Source of the DNA: Clostridia bacterium | GTDB lineage: Bacteria > Bacillota > Clostridia > UMGS1883 > UMGS1540 | Assembly (NCBI GenBank): GCA_017436645.1 | Contig: JAFSCR010000025.1 | Location: 543 to 64,542 of the forward strand | Length of the DNA: 64,000 bases | Reading direction: 5' to 3' | Part shown: in pieces, positions 27,766 to 38,222 of the stretch | Numbering within the stretch: the first letter of the stretch is position 1 | Layout of the letters: each line of letters opens with the position of its first letter | Translations under genes and position numbers: made by a program | Notes under the pieces: generated by a model | What the model was told of the DNA's origin: nothing | The model's database searches: none | Seen by the model: the letters and a program-made list of their open reading frames with translations, nothing else

Positions 27766-28893
27766 TTATGCTCCTTTCTGTGGGGATAAATCCCCGAGTT
27801 TTATGTATCGGATGGCATCTTTGCCCCGTACCTTCGGGTTGCCGTTTTGGAATTCGAGGGCAAGCTCGCTGGTCGAGTATGCAAAATACACATCATTTAA
27901 AATGTCGATTACGGCCACGTTTACAATGCCGCATTTCGAGTATAAATCCTGTACTTCCTCCAAGGCCTCGCCATAAACGAGCTTAACGCTCGTTCTGCCC
28001 TGCTGAATTTCGGGGCGGTTTTTCGTGTCCCCATTATAATAATTGTAGGAAATAAGGAAACTGTCTTTGTAATTGATTATTCTCGGGCGGCACTGGATGC
28101 TGTTTTCAAATGCAAGCGGCTCTGCCCACGTTTTGCCCATGTCGCAAGAATAGATATAATGCACGCTGCCTAAATCCTTCTCCGTGCGGAAAACGGCATG
28201 TATTGTATCGCCAACAAACTTATAGTCCATTTCATACTGTGCAGGAAAAGGGCAAACGGCAAAAAATTCAAGGGTTTTGAGATTGTCTTTGGAGCGGTAG
28301 AGAATCGGCTCTGCCACATAGCTCGTAATGGCACCGTAGGTGTAGCCGTCCGAATGGGTGAAAATGGTGTGACTTCCAAAGGAAATTTGCTCCGTGCAGC
28401 GGTGTATGCGGCCGGAAAGGCCGTGCTTATCAAGGTAGGCATACTGTTCCGACTGGCAAAGGGGCACGACCTCGCCGTTTTCCTTTTGAAGCATCACCGT
28501 TTCTTCTTGAGAGAGGGTATCGGCAAGATAGTCGTAGTCCTTAAAAAAGGTCTTATGGTCGCCTTCGGCACGGCTGTTCTTTTCGTAAAAAACACGTACC
28601 CGTCCTTCGCCGAGCCCTAAAATATTCTGGCAATAAACGTCCTCACCCGTGGCAATGGTAAGAAATCGAATATTCGTCGGCTGGGATGCAGGGAAATAGG
28701 AAAGGGCAATTTTCCCTCTCGATTCGCCGTAATGGCCTTGCGGCCCCGGCATATAGGCGCAAAACATAATGCCGTACTTTTTGTCAAAGGCAAGGGATGC
28801 CCCGTCGGCACTCGTTTCCGTAAGTCCGTTACTAATTTGGACCGATGCACGCAAAATTGCGGAACAGGCTTCGTTTTGTAAGCACATAAACAT
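27766..28893 (-). CDS. Asp-box (BNR)/sialidase-fold-like protein, paralog A
   Basis: YSCDMGKTW Asp-box and YRSKDN repeat; no signal peptide; paralogous to 30615-31724. Start estimated from the GGAAGGTGG RBS. Confidence 0.7.
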   Translation of the reverse strand: MFMCLQNEACSAILRASVQISNGLTETSADGASLAFDKKYGIMFCAYMPGPQGHYGESRGKIALSYFPASQPTNIRFLTIATGEDVYCQNILGLGEGRVRVFYEKNSRAEGDHKTFFKDYDYLADTLSQEETVMLQKENGEVVPLCQSEQYAYLDKHGLSGRIHRCTEQISFGSHTIFTHSDGYTYGAITSYVAEPILYRSKDNLKTLEFFAVCPFPAQYEMDYKFVGDTIHAVFRTEKDLGSVHYIYSCDMGKTWAEPLAFENSIQCRPRIINYKDSFLISYNYYNGDTKNRPEIQQGRTSVKLVYGEALEEVQDLYSKCGIVNVAVIDILNDVYFAYSTSELALEFQNGNPKVRGKDAIRYIKLGDLSPQKGA

Positions 28894-28997
28894 TCCACCT
28901 TCCTTTATGCACAGTATATCACGGTGTTTATGAAATAAAAAGTGCCTTTTTAGCAAAAAACATTGAAAAAAAGGCAAAAGCGTGCTATACTGCAATT

Positions 28998-29774
28998 ATG
29001 AAAACTTTTTTTGAAACGGAAATCACCTATAACCGAATTAAATTCTATTTCAGCGACCGTCCTGCCTTTTTGGAACGGGAAATGCACCCCTACCATGAAA
29101 TCCTTTATGTCCTTTCCGGCGGTGCGGAAGTTTTCCTTGCAGGCGGCTCCAAATGTGTGCAAGAAAAAACGCTGTTTATTATCCCTGAGGAAACCTATCA
29201 TTTCTTCAAAATCGGGGATGAAGAACGGTTTTTGCGCCTGAAAATCAGCATTCCTACGGATATGGACGAGCCGGTTTTTGCCCGCACCTTAGAAAAACTG
29301 CGGATATTGGAGGTGCAGGGGGAAGGGGTTCGTTATGCGCTTGAGGCCTTATGCCGTGCTTTAAGGGAAGACGGGCAGGACAAGGGCTTTCATGCCTATG
29401 CCGCTCTTCTCATGCTCATCTCGGCGCTTGAGATGGAGGAGACGGAAGGGATGCCTCGTTTTACCGAAACGAGCCAAGGCGTGCAAAGCCTTATGGAATA
29501 CATAGGCGACCATCTTTCTGCGGATTTAACGGTAAACCGCCTTGCAAACCGGTTTCACACTTCGCCCTCATCCCTTACCCACAATTTTAAAAAGGAATGC
29601 GGTATATCCCTCCATAAGTTCATTCTGCAAAAACGCCTCCTTCATGCGAGAAAGCATATTCTGGACGGCGGCAGACCTACGAAAATATACGCCTTGTGCG
29701 GTTTTCAGGATTATTCCTCTTTCTATAAAGCATACACAAAATTCTGGGGCATTTCCCCCTCGGAAGAAAAATAA
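28998..29774 (+). CDS. AraC family transcriptional regulator
   Basis: Cupin H-x-YHE sensor; C-terminal GF-x-DYSSFYKAY-x-K-x2-G-x-SP. Confidence 0.92.
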   Translation: MKTFFETEITYNRIKFYFSDRPAFLEREMHPYHEILYVLSGGAEVFLAGGSKCVQEKTLFIIPEETYHFFKIGDEERFLRLKISIPTDMDEPVFARTLEKLRILEVQGEGVRYALEALCRALREDGQDKGFHAYAALLMLISALEMEETEGMPRFTETSQGVQSLMEYIGDHLSADLTVNRLANRFHTSPSSLTHNFKKECGISLHKFILQKRLLHARKHILDGGRPTKIYALCGFQDYSSFYKAYTKFWGISPSEEK

Positions 29775-29846
29775 GCGGACTTTTAAAGGCGTCTTCACAT
29801 AGGGATAATTTCTCCCTATGCGAAGACGCCTAAAGTCCGCTTTTTC
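29775..29846. terminator. Long hairpin, probable bidirectional terminator
   Basis: GCGGACTTT..AGGCGTCTTC.CATAGGGA pairs with TCCCTATG.GAAGACGCCT AAAGTCCGC between convergent genes. Confidence 0.7.
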
Positions 29847-30614
29847 TTATTTCATATATTTTCGCATTGTTTCCAGCGTAGCTTTTCCCTGTGCGAAGAG
29901 AAAGTTCCAGTCCCCGCCGGAAAACAGAATGTCAAGGTCTAAAGACGCCCATTTCGCAATGTCACTTTCCCGAAAACCGCCTGCAAGACCTATGATTTTT
30001 CCGCTTTCGCGCACTTTCTTCGTGGCTTTTTGGATCAGGGAGAAAGTGGCATCCCCAAAAACATTCAAAAATTCATTTATGGAGCCGGATAAGTCATTGG
30101 GGCCGAAAATAAAGCCGTCAATATAGGGGTTTTTCAGAATTTCGTCTAAGTCCTCTATCATATCAATGTGCTCAATCTGCACAAAGCGGCAAAGGTCAAG
30201 GCTGTCTTTTCCGGTATAGGTTTTGGCATCATCCGCGCCGTAGCGGATGGCGCGCATAGGCCCGAAACCACGGGTGCCGTGGGGTGGGTACAGGGTCATT
30301 TCAATGAGAGAATTGATTTCTTCTGCACTTTTTGCCATGGGGAAGATGATGCCGTCCGGTCCCATTTCCAGAATTTTCTTCGTTGCCGTCAGGTCGTTTT
30401 GCGGCAGGCGGATAACGGCAGGAATGTTGGCCGCCTTGGCGCCGTTTAAGTGGGCGAGAACCTCTTTGTAGCTCATATAGGTGTGTTCCGTGTCAATCCA
30501 CACACAGTCATAGCCGATATACCCCATCATTTCGCAAAGGCAAGGGTCCGTCAGGCACACGAGTGTTCCCGAAAGCTTTTTCTTCTCTTTAAATTTCTCA
30601 CGAAGGGCGTTCAT
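29847..30614 (-). CDS. HpcH/HpaI family class II pyruvate aldolase
   Basis: WIDTEH, GPDGIIFPM, YPPHGTRGFGP, QIE and FIFGPNDLS motifs. Confidence 0.92.
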   Translation of the reverse strand: MNALREKFKEKKKLSGTLVCLTDPCLCEMMGYIGYDCVWIDTEHTYMSYKEVLAHLNGAKAANIPAVIRLPQNDLTATKKILEMGPDGIIFPMAKSAEEINSLIEMTLYPPHGTRGFGPMRAIRYGADDAKTYTGKDSLDLCRFVQIEHIDMIEDLDEILKNPYIDGFIFGPNDLSGSINEFLNVFGDATFSLIQKATKKVRESGKIIGLAGGFRESDIAKWASLDLDILFSGGDWNFLFAQGKATLETMRKYMK

Positions 30615-31724
30615 TTATGCTTCCTCCTTTTCAAATAAATCGCCGAGAGAAATGTATCTTACGGCATCCTTCCCTCTTACATAGGGCGTGCCGTTTTGGT
30701 ATTCAAGGGCGGAGTGACTTGTGGAGTAGGCAAGGTACACATCCCCTAAAACGTCACAAAGTGCCACATTTACAATGCCGTATTTAGAGTGCATATCCAT
30801 AAGGGGCTTCACTTCGTTTTTTTCCATGGTGCAAAGGCGGATTGCCGTTCTGCCCATAATCACGTTCGGGCGGTTGCCGCTGTTATCATCAAAATAATTG
30901 TAGCAAAGAACCACTTTTCCGCCGCTTATAATTACCCTTGGGCGGCACTGAATACTGCCTTCCATATCCATGGGGGCAGACCAGGTTTTGCCCCCATCCT
31001 CGGAATAGGCGAAGGTGTTGCCGTTTTCCTTCTGATTCGTTCTGTATAAGGCGTAAATCTTGCCGTCCAAAATCTTATAGTCAAATTCATACTGGACAGG
31101 TCTCGGATATACGGCAAAAAATTCAACCGTTTCCATATTGTCTTTCGAGCGGAATAAAACCACCTCAGAAAGTTCACTCGGCAGGGCGCCGTAAGTGTAG
31201 CCATCTTCGTCCCGAAACGGTGTAAAGCCGCCAAAAATCATCTGCTCAGAAGCACGGTACACATGGTCAAAGTACCCGTTTTTCTCAAGATATGTATTTA
31301 CTTCGGAAAGGCAAAGGGGCGAAAGGGTGCCGTCTGCACGGCAGACAGAAACAATCTTTTCAGCCGAAAGTTCTTCCGTGATAAAATCAAAATCCCGAAA
31401 GCAAATGGCGTGATCCCCGTCTTTTCGGGAGTATCTTTCATAAAACACACGGACGCTTCCGTCCCCAAGACCTAAAATGTTGGGAACATACACATCGTCC
31501 CCACGTGCTATCTCCACATAGCGGATATTCGTCGGCTGGGAAGCGGGGAAATAGGAAAGATGAATCTTCCCTCTCGATTCGCCATAGTCTCCGTGATATC
31601 CGGGCATATAGGCACAAAACATAATGCCGTATTTGGTGTCAAAGGCAAGGGATGCCCCGTCGGCACAGGTTTCATGAAGCCCGTCATTAATCTGGGTGGA
31701 AAACCGTAAATCAACTGTTTTCAT
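30615..31724 (-). CDS. Asp-box (BNR)/sialidase-fold-like protein, paralog B
   Basis: YSEDGGKTWS Asp-box; shares DGASLAFD.KYGIMFCAYMPG and VRGKDA.RYI.LGDL with paralog A. Confidence 0.72.
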   Translation of the reverse strand: MKTVDLRFSTQINDGLHETCADGASLAFDTKYGIMFCAYMPGYHGDYGESRGKIHLSYFPASQPTNIRYVEIARGDDVYVPNILGLGDGSVRVFYERYSRKDGDHAICFRDFDFITEELSAEKIVSVCRADGTLSPLCLSEVNTYLEKNGYFDHVYRASEQMIFGGFTPFRDEDGYTYGALPSELSEVVLFRSKDNMETVEFFAVYPRPVQYEFDYKILDGKIYALYRTNQKENGNTFAYSEDGGKTWSAPMDMEGSIQCRPRVIISGGKVVLCYNYFDDNSGNRPNVIMGRTAIRLCTMEKNEVKPLMDMHSKYGIVNVALCDVLGDVYLAYSTSHSALEYQNGTPYVRGKDAVRYISLGDLFEKEEA

Positions 31725-31734
31725 CGTATTCCTC

Positions 31735-33378
31735 CTATTTGCCGCCGTTTTTCAAAATTTCCATAGTCTTATTATCGCTGTTTGCAAAAAACTCGGAAAG
31801 CGTTTCATATTCTTTGTAAAGCTTTTCATAAATTCCGGTGTTTTCGGGATTGGGCTTATAGGAAACCGCTTTGATTTTCTTCATTTTTTCTGCAGCTTTC
31901 GTAAGAGAGGCATAGCCGTTTTGGTTGACAGCACCAAGCACTGCACTGCCAAAGGCACAAGCCTGCCCTGTTCCCGATAAAAAGATTTCCTTGCCTAAAA
32001 CGTCGGCATAAATCTGCATTAAGAGTTCATCCTTTTCTGCAATGCCGCCTGCGGCAAAAATCTTATTGATTTTGATGCCGCTTTTTTCGTAAATGTCCAC
32101 AATCCTTTTTGTGCCATATGCGGTGGACTCAATTAAAGCACGGTAAATCTCTTCGGGGGAAGTCGTAATGTTCAGCCCTAAAATCAGACCGCTTAAAGTA
32201 CCGCTTACGTAAGGGGTGCGGTTGCCGTTAAACCAGTCCAGCGCCAAAATTCCGTTGGAACCCGGCGGAAGTAAAGCTGCTTTTTTGCGAAGATATTTGT
32301 GAATGTTTATGCCCTCGGCGCCTGCCTTTTCCGTATAGGAAGCCGGCACGCAGTTTTTAATAAACCAGTCAAAGCTGTCACCCACGCACGCCTGCCCTGC
32401 TTCAAAAGCATAAAGGTTCTCTGCAATGCCGTCTTTCACAAAGCCGGAAATGCCCGGAATATATGATTTTTTATCCCCTAAAAGAATGTGACAGGTGGAG
32501 GTGCCGATGATCATTAAAAGTTCACCCGAATGGGTAATGCCAAGGGCAGGAAGTGCCGCGTGTGCATCAATAAATGCAGGGTGGACCGGCGTTCCCGCTT
32601 TCAGACCTGTTTTTTCTTCTGCTTCTTTGGTAATATATCCTGCAATCTGCGAAAGCTTTATTACATCTTCCGAAATCTTTGTGCCGACGATGTTCTCAAA
32701 ATCAGGGTGAAGGGCTTTTAAAAATGCTTTATCGGGGTATCCGTTTTCCTCGTCCCATATCGCCTTAAACCCTGTTGTGCAAATAGAATGCGTCTCTTTT
32801 CCTGTCAGCATCCACACAATCCAGTCGCCTGCTTCTATAAATCGGAACGTTTCGCTGTAAACTTCGGGGGCTTCTTTTCGTATTTCCAAAACTTTGGGGA
32901 AAAGCCATTCGCTTGAAATGGTGCCGCCGTATCGCCGGAGCCATTGGGCGTCCGTCTTTTTTGCAAGCGCGTTAATTTCGTCCGCTTCTTTTTGTGCGGC
33001 GTGATGCTTCCAAAGCTTTACATAGGCGTGGGGCGTGTTTTTAAATTTTTCCGTAAAGCAAAGGGGCGTACCGTCCTCTAAAACGGGAAGAACGGTGGAG
33101 GCAGTAAAGTCAACACCTACCCCCGTAATATCATAAGGGTCAACGCTTGCTTTTTCGATGCAGTCTTTGATAACGAAAAACATACAGTCCAGATAGTCCC
33201 CGGGATGCTGCAAGGCATAATCTGAAGGCAGGGCGGAGCCATCTATAAATGTTTCCGTCATAACGCCGTGGGGGTAATCACATACGGATGTTGCCACTTC
33301 TTCGCCGGAATGAATATCAACGAGAATGGCGCGTGCCGAAAGCGTTCCAAAATCAATACCTAAAGAATATTTACGCAT
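31735..33378 (-). CDS. araB: Ribulokinase (FGGY family)
   Basis: GIDFGTLS-x-RA, ALQHP-x-DY, GVDFTAST, KLWKHHAAQ, GTSTCH, EAGQ and LDWFNGNRT motifs. Confidence 0.88.
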   Translation of the reverse strand: MRKYSLGIDFGTLSARAILVDIHSGEEVATSVCDYPHGVMTETFIDGSALPSDYALQHPGDYLDCMFFVIKDCIEKASVDPYDITGVGVDFTASTVLPVLEDGTPLCFTEKFKNTPHAYVKLWKHHAAQKEADEINALAKKTDAQWLRRYGGTISSEWLFPKVLEIRKEAPEVYSETFRFIEAGDWIVWMLTGKETHSICTTGFKAIWDEENGYPDKAFLKALHPDFENIVGTKISEDVIKLSQIAGYITKEAEEKTGLKAGTPVHPAFIDAHAALPALGITHSGELLMIIGTSTCHILLGDKKSYIPGISGFVKDGIAENLYAFEAGQACVGDSFDWFIKNCVPASYTEKAGAEGINIHKYLRKKAALLPPGSNGILALDWFNGNRTPYVSGTLSGLILGLNITTSPEEIYRALIESTAYGTKRIVDIYEKSGIKINKIFAAGGIAEKDELLMQIYADVLGKEIFLSGTGQACAFGSAVLGAVNQNGYASLTKAAEKMKKIKAVSYKPNPENTGIYEKLYKEYETLSEFFANSDNKTMEILKNGGK

Positions 33379-33422
33379 ATTTTCACCTTCTTATAAAGTC
33401 TCTGAAATTTGCAAAAAGTCTT

Positions 33423-34865
33423 TTATTTCCAGTTTTGAAAGGGGTACCCGTCGGGCACGGGATTTGCAATGCCGGGAAGGGCAACCGCTTCCAGTCTGTC
33501 CGTAATTTCGCCGTAGGCGGCACGGTAATGCACGGCAGATTTCGTTATAATAATTTTATGTTCCTCAGGGCGTATGCCGTGAGAATAAAATACTTCCGTA
33601 TCCCACGGCTGACGGGGAATGGATGCGATAAGCACCGTATTCTCTTCGATTTCCACAACTGCCGTTTTGCCGTGTTTGATGATTTCTCCCGGGGCAATTT
33701 TGGCTTTCGCCACATATTTGCCGTCCGAAATCATTTTTACGTATGCGGTAACGTCCAATGGTCCGCCTGAAAGGAGGGGGTCACTTTTGCCGCCAAGGGC
33801 AAGGCGCACCGTACTTCCCACACCTGCCGCTTCGCATTTCGTAACGCTTTCCGGGTCAACAATGGTGGCAAGGATGGTATTGCGGATGCCTCTTTTCAGT
33901 ATTTCTCTTAAAATATGGGTGGAATCGCTGAAGGCACCGGCACCGGGATTGTCGGAAGCGTCAGCAATGACGAGGGGCTTATGGGAAGAAAGTGCTTTTT
34001 CCAAAACTTCGTCTAAAGTGGGGAACGTTCTTTTTAATGTGGGGGTTCTTTCGGAGATAAAGATAAAAAGCTCGTCCGCCATTTCCTCGGCAAGGGGGCG
34101 GTCCCCATCCGTCACGATGGTAATGCCCATGCCCATCTCCTCTATATCTGCGGCAAAAAAGCCGTGGCAAAAGCCGGGGAAAAGAACGCCCTTCGTCTTT
34201 TTCATTTCTGCCGTTTTATCATAAATACATTTCATTTCCGGCTCTTCACTCGGAAAAAGGGGCAATAAATAAGGGACAAGGCGAAAAGCCATTTGGGGAT
34301 GTATTTTTCCGTCCAAAGTGTCCTGCATCATATGGGCGGCACGAAGCCCCGTTTTATATGTATCCGTGTGGGGATAGCACTCGTAAGGAATAAGTGCGGT
34401 GGCATTTTCCGCCATTTTTTTCGTGGTGTTGGAATGGAGGTCAAGGGAGACGATAATGGGCACATCCGCACCCACAGCCGTGCGGATTTCTTCCAGTAAA
34501 TCCCCTTCACCGTCGGGATGCCCCACCGCCACCATAGCACCGTGCAGGGCAAGGAGAACGCCGTCTACGGGCGCATTTTTTTCGATTGCGGAAAGGATTT
34601 CACGAAGGGCATAGTCAAAAACATCGCCCGTAACCGGCCCCGTGGGGTTTGCAACGAAATCCACCGTGGGGAGAAGGACAATATCGTCCCGGGTTTCAAA
34701 AACATCTATAAAGGCACCGATTTCACTGCCGACGCCCTTCTGGTTTTTCAAAATGCAGTCGCCCACGTCAAAACAAAGGTTCCGAAACATGGTTTCGTCC
34801 CCCGGTTTGGAGCAAAAGGAATTGGTTTCGTGCTGGAATCTGCCGATAATAACCTTTTTCTGCAT
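33423..34865 (-). CDS. M81 family metallopeptidase (MlrC-like)
   Basis: HETNSF, LHGAM, DGEG, LDLH-x-N, YPHTD, DNPGAG and KS-x2-HYRA motifs. Confidence 0.92.
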   Translation of the reverse strand: MQKKVIIGRFQHETNSFCSKPGDETMFRNLCFDVGDCILKNQKGVGSEIGAFIDVFETRDDIVLLPTVDFVANPTGPVTGDVFDYALREILSAIEKNAPVDGVLLALHGAMVAVGHPDGEGDLLEEIRTAVGADVPIIVSLDLHSNTTKKMAENATALIPYECYPHTDTYKTGLRAAHMMQDTLDGKIHPQMAFRLVPYLLPLFPSEEPEMKCIYDKTAEMKKTKGVLFPGFCHGFFAADIEEMGMGITIVTDGDRPLAEEMADELFIFISERTPTLKRTFPTLDEVLEKALSSHKPLVIADASDNPGAGAFSDSTHILREILKRGIRNTILATIVDPESVTKCEAAGVGSTVRLALGGKSDPLLSGGPLDVTAYVKMISDGKYVAKAKIAPGEIIKHGKTAVVEIEENTVLIASIPRQPWDTEVFYSHGIRPEEHKIIITKSAVHYRAAYGEITDRLEAVALPGIANPVPDGYPFQNWK

Positions 34866-34947
34866 CAGATTGCCTCCATTTTTCATATTATCTTCATTAT
34901 AGCACACTTTTTAGAAATATAAATAGTCTTTTTGGCAAAAAACATAG

Positions 34948-34977
34948 AAAAAGCGGCAAACGAGAGTTTGCCGCTTT
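34948..34977 (-). terminator. Intrinsic terminator
   Basis: AAAAGCGGCAAAC-GAGA-GTTTGCCGCTTT. Confidence 0.75.
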
Positions 34978-34991
34978 AAGCTCTTTTATTT

Positions 34992-36095
34992 TTATATGTT
35001 GTTTTCCCGTTTCCGGAATATTTTCTTTCTGAAAACAAGTACAATTACAATCACCAAGACAAGTGCTGCGCCGATGATGTAAAGCGTGATATTTCCTTTT
35101 CCTTCTATTACATTCACATCGAAGGAAAACTGATTTTCTTCGAGGAAATATGCATCATGAACGGTTGAAATGTATTCCACCTGCACATTTTTTCCGTCCT
35201 CGGAGAAATAAAGCATGGCAACATAGCCGCCGGGCCCGTATTTTTGGTCAGTTACCTGTGGGTCTACAAGCATTTCCGTTACCGTGTTGCCGTGTACCCC
35301 TTCTCTCTTATTTACAACAATTTTATCCGAAGGGATGTGTCCGGCAAGAACCATAGTGATGTTTTCGTGGTTTTTTACAAGCTTTTCCCAGATATCTTCT
35401 CCATCGTTACCATCCGACGAAACCTTATAGAAAGAACCGTTGCCACTCAGATATGCGTGGGTGACGATGATTACATTGTGGTCCGGATGGTCTTCAATGA
35501 CGCCGGCGGCCCAGGCAAGAATATCATCCCCCGGGTATGTATCAATATTCAGGGCCAGATATTTGATTTTACCAATATTAAATTTATGATACGTATAAAG
35601 CATGGTTTTATTGTAGCTGCCGCTTATTTTATCGGCATAATCTCCATATGGGAAAGCACCGATAAAGGTTTCCGGCGTGTCGTGATTGCCTCTTATATGC
35701 ATATTGGGAACGACCCCATCCAGCTTTTTAATTTCTTTTTTAGCCACAGCCCATTCTTTGGTGGTGGAAAAATATGTTATATCCCCAAGGCCAAACACAT
35801 ATTTTATCTTTTTTTCTTCTGCATTTTGTACAATCCAGTCATAAATGCAGGAAAGCTTGTCGGGATTATGGGCTGTAATGGTCTGGGTGTCACCAATGAC
35901 TGCAAAGGAATAGGCGTAGTCCCATACCGGCTCTTTGTCCTTTATCAGCATGCCGCTTTCGTGTTTTCCTACTTCGCCTTCTTCAGAAGCAGGGGTTTCT
36001 CCGGTGGCGAAAACAGTTGCCCCAAAGGAAAAACAAATGAAGAGGGTTAAAACGAGAGAAAGGATTCCTAAAAAGTGTTTTCGGGACGTTTTCAT
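34992..36095 (-). CDS. Exported, C-terminally anchored calcineurin-like metallophosphoesterase, paralog 1
   Basis: Signal peptide; GDTQ, GD, GNHD, TH and AGH metal motifs; C-terminal TM helix and basic tail. Confidence 0.87.
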   Translation of the reverse strand: MKTSRKHFLGILSLVLTLFICFSFGATVFATGETPASEEGEVGKHESGMLIKDKEPVWDYAYSFAVIGDTQTITAHNPDKLSCIYDWIVQNAEEKKIKYVFGLGDITYFSTTKEWAVAKKEIKKLDGVVPNMHIRGNHDTPETFIGAFPYGDYADKISGSYNKTMLYTYHKFNIGKIKYLALNIDTYPGDDILAWAAGVIEDHPDHNVIIVTHAYLSGNGSFYKVSSDGNDGEDIWEKLVKNHENITMVLAGHIPSDKIVVNKREGVHGNTVTEMLVDPQVTDQKYGPGGYVAMLYFSEDGKNVQVEYISTVHDAYFLEENQFSFDVNVIEGKGNITLYIIGAALVLVIVIVLVFRKKIFRKRENNI

Positions 36096-36201
36096 AATAA
36101 TCACTCCTTGACTTTTTGATTTAAGTTCAGTATAATAAAACCAACACAAAAAATCAATAGTGGCCAAAATTTTTCAAAATAATCAACAATAATCAAACGA
36201 G

Positions 36202-36960
36202 GTGTGGGCATTGTATCAGCAGGAACGAATGGATGAAATCATGAAAATCCTCAAAGAGAACCATTATGTCACGGTGGACTATCTTGTAAAAGAGATAAAA
36301 TACAGTCCCGCAAGCATCCGACGGGATCTTGTGCTTTTGGAAAAGCAGGGGCTTATCACGAGAAGCTATGGCGGCGTCGCCTATAAAGATGCCAACAGTT
36401 CTCCCTTCCGCTTTCGCCAACACAGTATGAAATCGGCAAAGAATGCCATTGCAAAAAAGGCGGCGTCCCTCGTACAAAACGGGGATATAATTTTTCTGGA
36501 CGGGTCATCAACCATCCAGTATATGGGGCAATTTCTCTTGGAAAAAAAGGGCATAACTGTAATCACCTGCAATATGCTCCTTGCAGATTTTTTAAGTGAA
36601 CACGGGATAAACACCTATTGTACCGGCGGCAGAGTCGTGGAATATCCGGGTATTTTAGGCGGTGAATATATGTTTATGTCTCTTGAAAATTTTAAGGTTG
36701 ATATTGCATTCTATTCGTCACACGCCATTGATTCTAAAGGGCAGATTCTTTTTATAAACGAACACGGCGTGCGCAGGCAAAAAGCCATCCGAAACTGCGC
36801 ACGGAAGCAGGCATATCTTTGCGGCAGCGATAAGTTTAACGGCGATGGCGGTTTTGTGGCCCTTTCGCTTTCTGAGGTGGACTATTTTGTAAGCGATGCC
36901 CAGCTTCCCGAAGAATTAAAACAGAAATTTCAATCCACAACGTTTCTCTGCACAAAATAA
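36202..36960 (+). CDS. DeoR/GlpR family transcriptional regulator
   Basis: S-x-ASIRRDL-x2-LE-x2-G-x3-RSYGG HTH; IFLDGSST. Confidence 0.92.
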   Translation: MWALYQQERMDEIMKILKENHYVTVDYLVKEIKYSPASIRRDLVLLEKQGLITRSYGGVAYKDANSSPFRFRQHSMKSAKNAIAKKAASLVQNGDIIFLDGSSTIQYMGQFLLEKKGITVITCNMLLADFLSEHGINTYCTGGRVVEYPGILGGEYMFMSLENFKVDIAFYSSHAIDSKGQILFINEHGVRRQKAIRNCARKQAYLCGSDKFNGDGGFVALSLSEVDYFVSDAQLPEELKQKFQSTTFLCTK

Positions 36961-36990
36961 GGGGATGTAAATAAAACTTACATCCCCTTT
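36961..36990. terminator. Hairpin terminator between convergent genes
   Basis: GGGGATGTAA-ATAAAAC-TTACATCCCC-TTTT. Confidence 0.7.
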
Positions 36991-36997
36991 TAATCTT

Positions 36998-38104
36998 TTA
37001 TATGTTGTTTTCCCGCTTCCGGAATATTTTCTTTCTGAAAACGAGGACAAGTACAATCGCCACTACAAGTGCTGCACCGATGATGTAAAGCGGAACGTAA
37101 CTTTTTCCTTCTATGACATTCACTTCGAAGGGAGACGGACTTTCATTGAGGACATATGCCTTGTGAACGGTTGAAATGTATTCCGTCTGCACCTTTTTTC
37201 CGTCCTCGGAAAAATAAAGCATTGCCACAAAGCCACCGGGCCCGTATTTCAAATCTACGCCCTGGGGGTCTACAAGGATTTCCGTAACGGTGTTTCCGTG
37301 CACCCCTTCTCTTTGGTGCACCTTGATATTATTCGTGTCCACATGTCCGGCGAGCACCATAACGATATTTTCGTGGTTTTTTACAAGCTTATCCCAAATT
37401 TCCGGCCCCAGGTTAGTGCCGTATTGGCCTAATTTTTTGTTATCATACAAAGAACCGTCAGGCTTCTTATAGATATGGGTTACGATAATTACGTTGTGGT
37501 CCGGATGGTCCTCAATAACGCCATTGGCCCAGGCAATAACGTCATCCGACGGGCCCAGATCAATATTCAGAGCCAGGTATTTGATTTTGCCGACTTTGAA
37601 TTTATGATATGTATATTGCATGGTGTTGTTGTAGCTGCCGCTGATTTGGTCGGCATATTCTTTGTATGGGAAAGCGAGGAGGAAGTCTTCCGGCTTGTCG
37701 TGATTTCCTCTTATATGCATATTGGGAACGACGCCGCGGAGCTTGTCGATTTCTTTTTTAGCCACATGCCATTCCCTTGTGGTGGAGTTGTCTGTTATAT
37801 CCCCAAGACCAAACACATATTTAATCTTTTTTTCATCCTTATTTTCCAAAATCCAGTCATAAATGCAGGAAAGCTTGTCGGAATAAAGGGATGTCATAAT
37901 CTGTGTGTCACCGATTAGCGCAAAGGAATATGCGTAGTCCCGTGCCGGCTCCTTGTCTTTTATAAGCATACCGCTTTCATATTCATTTTTGTCAGAAGAA
38001 TAGGTTTCTCCAGTGGCGAAAACAGTTGTTCCAAAGGAAAAACAAAGCATCAGGGTTAAAGCGAGGGAAAGGATTCTTAAAAGGTGTTTTCGGGATGAGT
38101 TCAT
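36998..38104 (-). CDS. Exported, C-terminally anchored calcineurin-like metallophosphoesterase, paralog 2
   Basis: Same motifs as 34992-36095 and an identical C-terminus VLVFRKKIFRKRENNI. Confidence 0.87.
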   Translation of the reverse strand: MNSSRKHLLRILSLALTLMLCFSFGTTVFATGETYSSDKNEYESGMLIKDKEPARDYAYSFALIGDTQIMTSLYSDKLSCIYDWILENKDEKKIKYVFGLGDITDNSTTREWHVAKKEIDKLRGVVPNMHIRGNHDKPEDFLLAFPYKEYADQISGSYNNTMQYTYHKFKVGKIKYLALNIDLGPSDDVIAWANGVIEDHPDHNVIIVTHIYKKPDGSLYDNKKLGQYGTNLGPEIWDKLVKNHENIVMVLAGHVDTNNIKVHQREGVHGNTVTEILVDPQGVDLKYGPGGFVAMLYFSEDGKKVQTEYISTVHKAYVLNESPSPFEVNVIEGKSYVPLYIIGAALVVAIVLVLVFRKKIFRKRENNI

Positions 38105-38222
38105 AATGTTCACTCCTTAATTTTATTTGACATATTTTAATTATATTGCTATAATGAGTGTGAGTCAATGGAACAAATTGACTATATATTCAGGTTTATT
38201 GCTATTTTTAGGGGGTGCTGAT

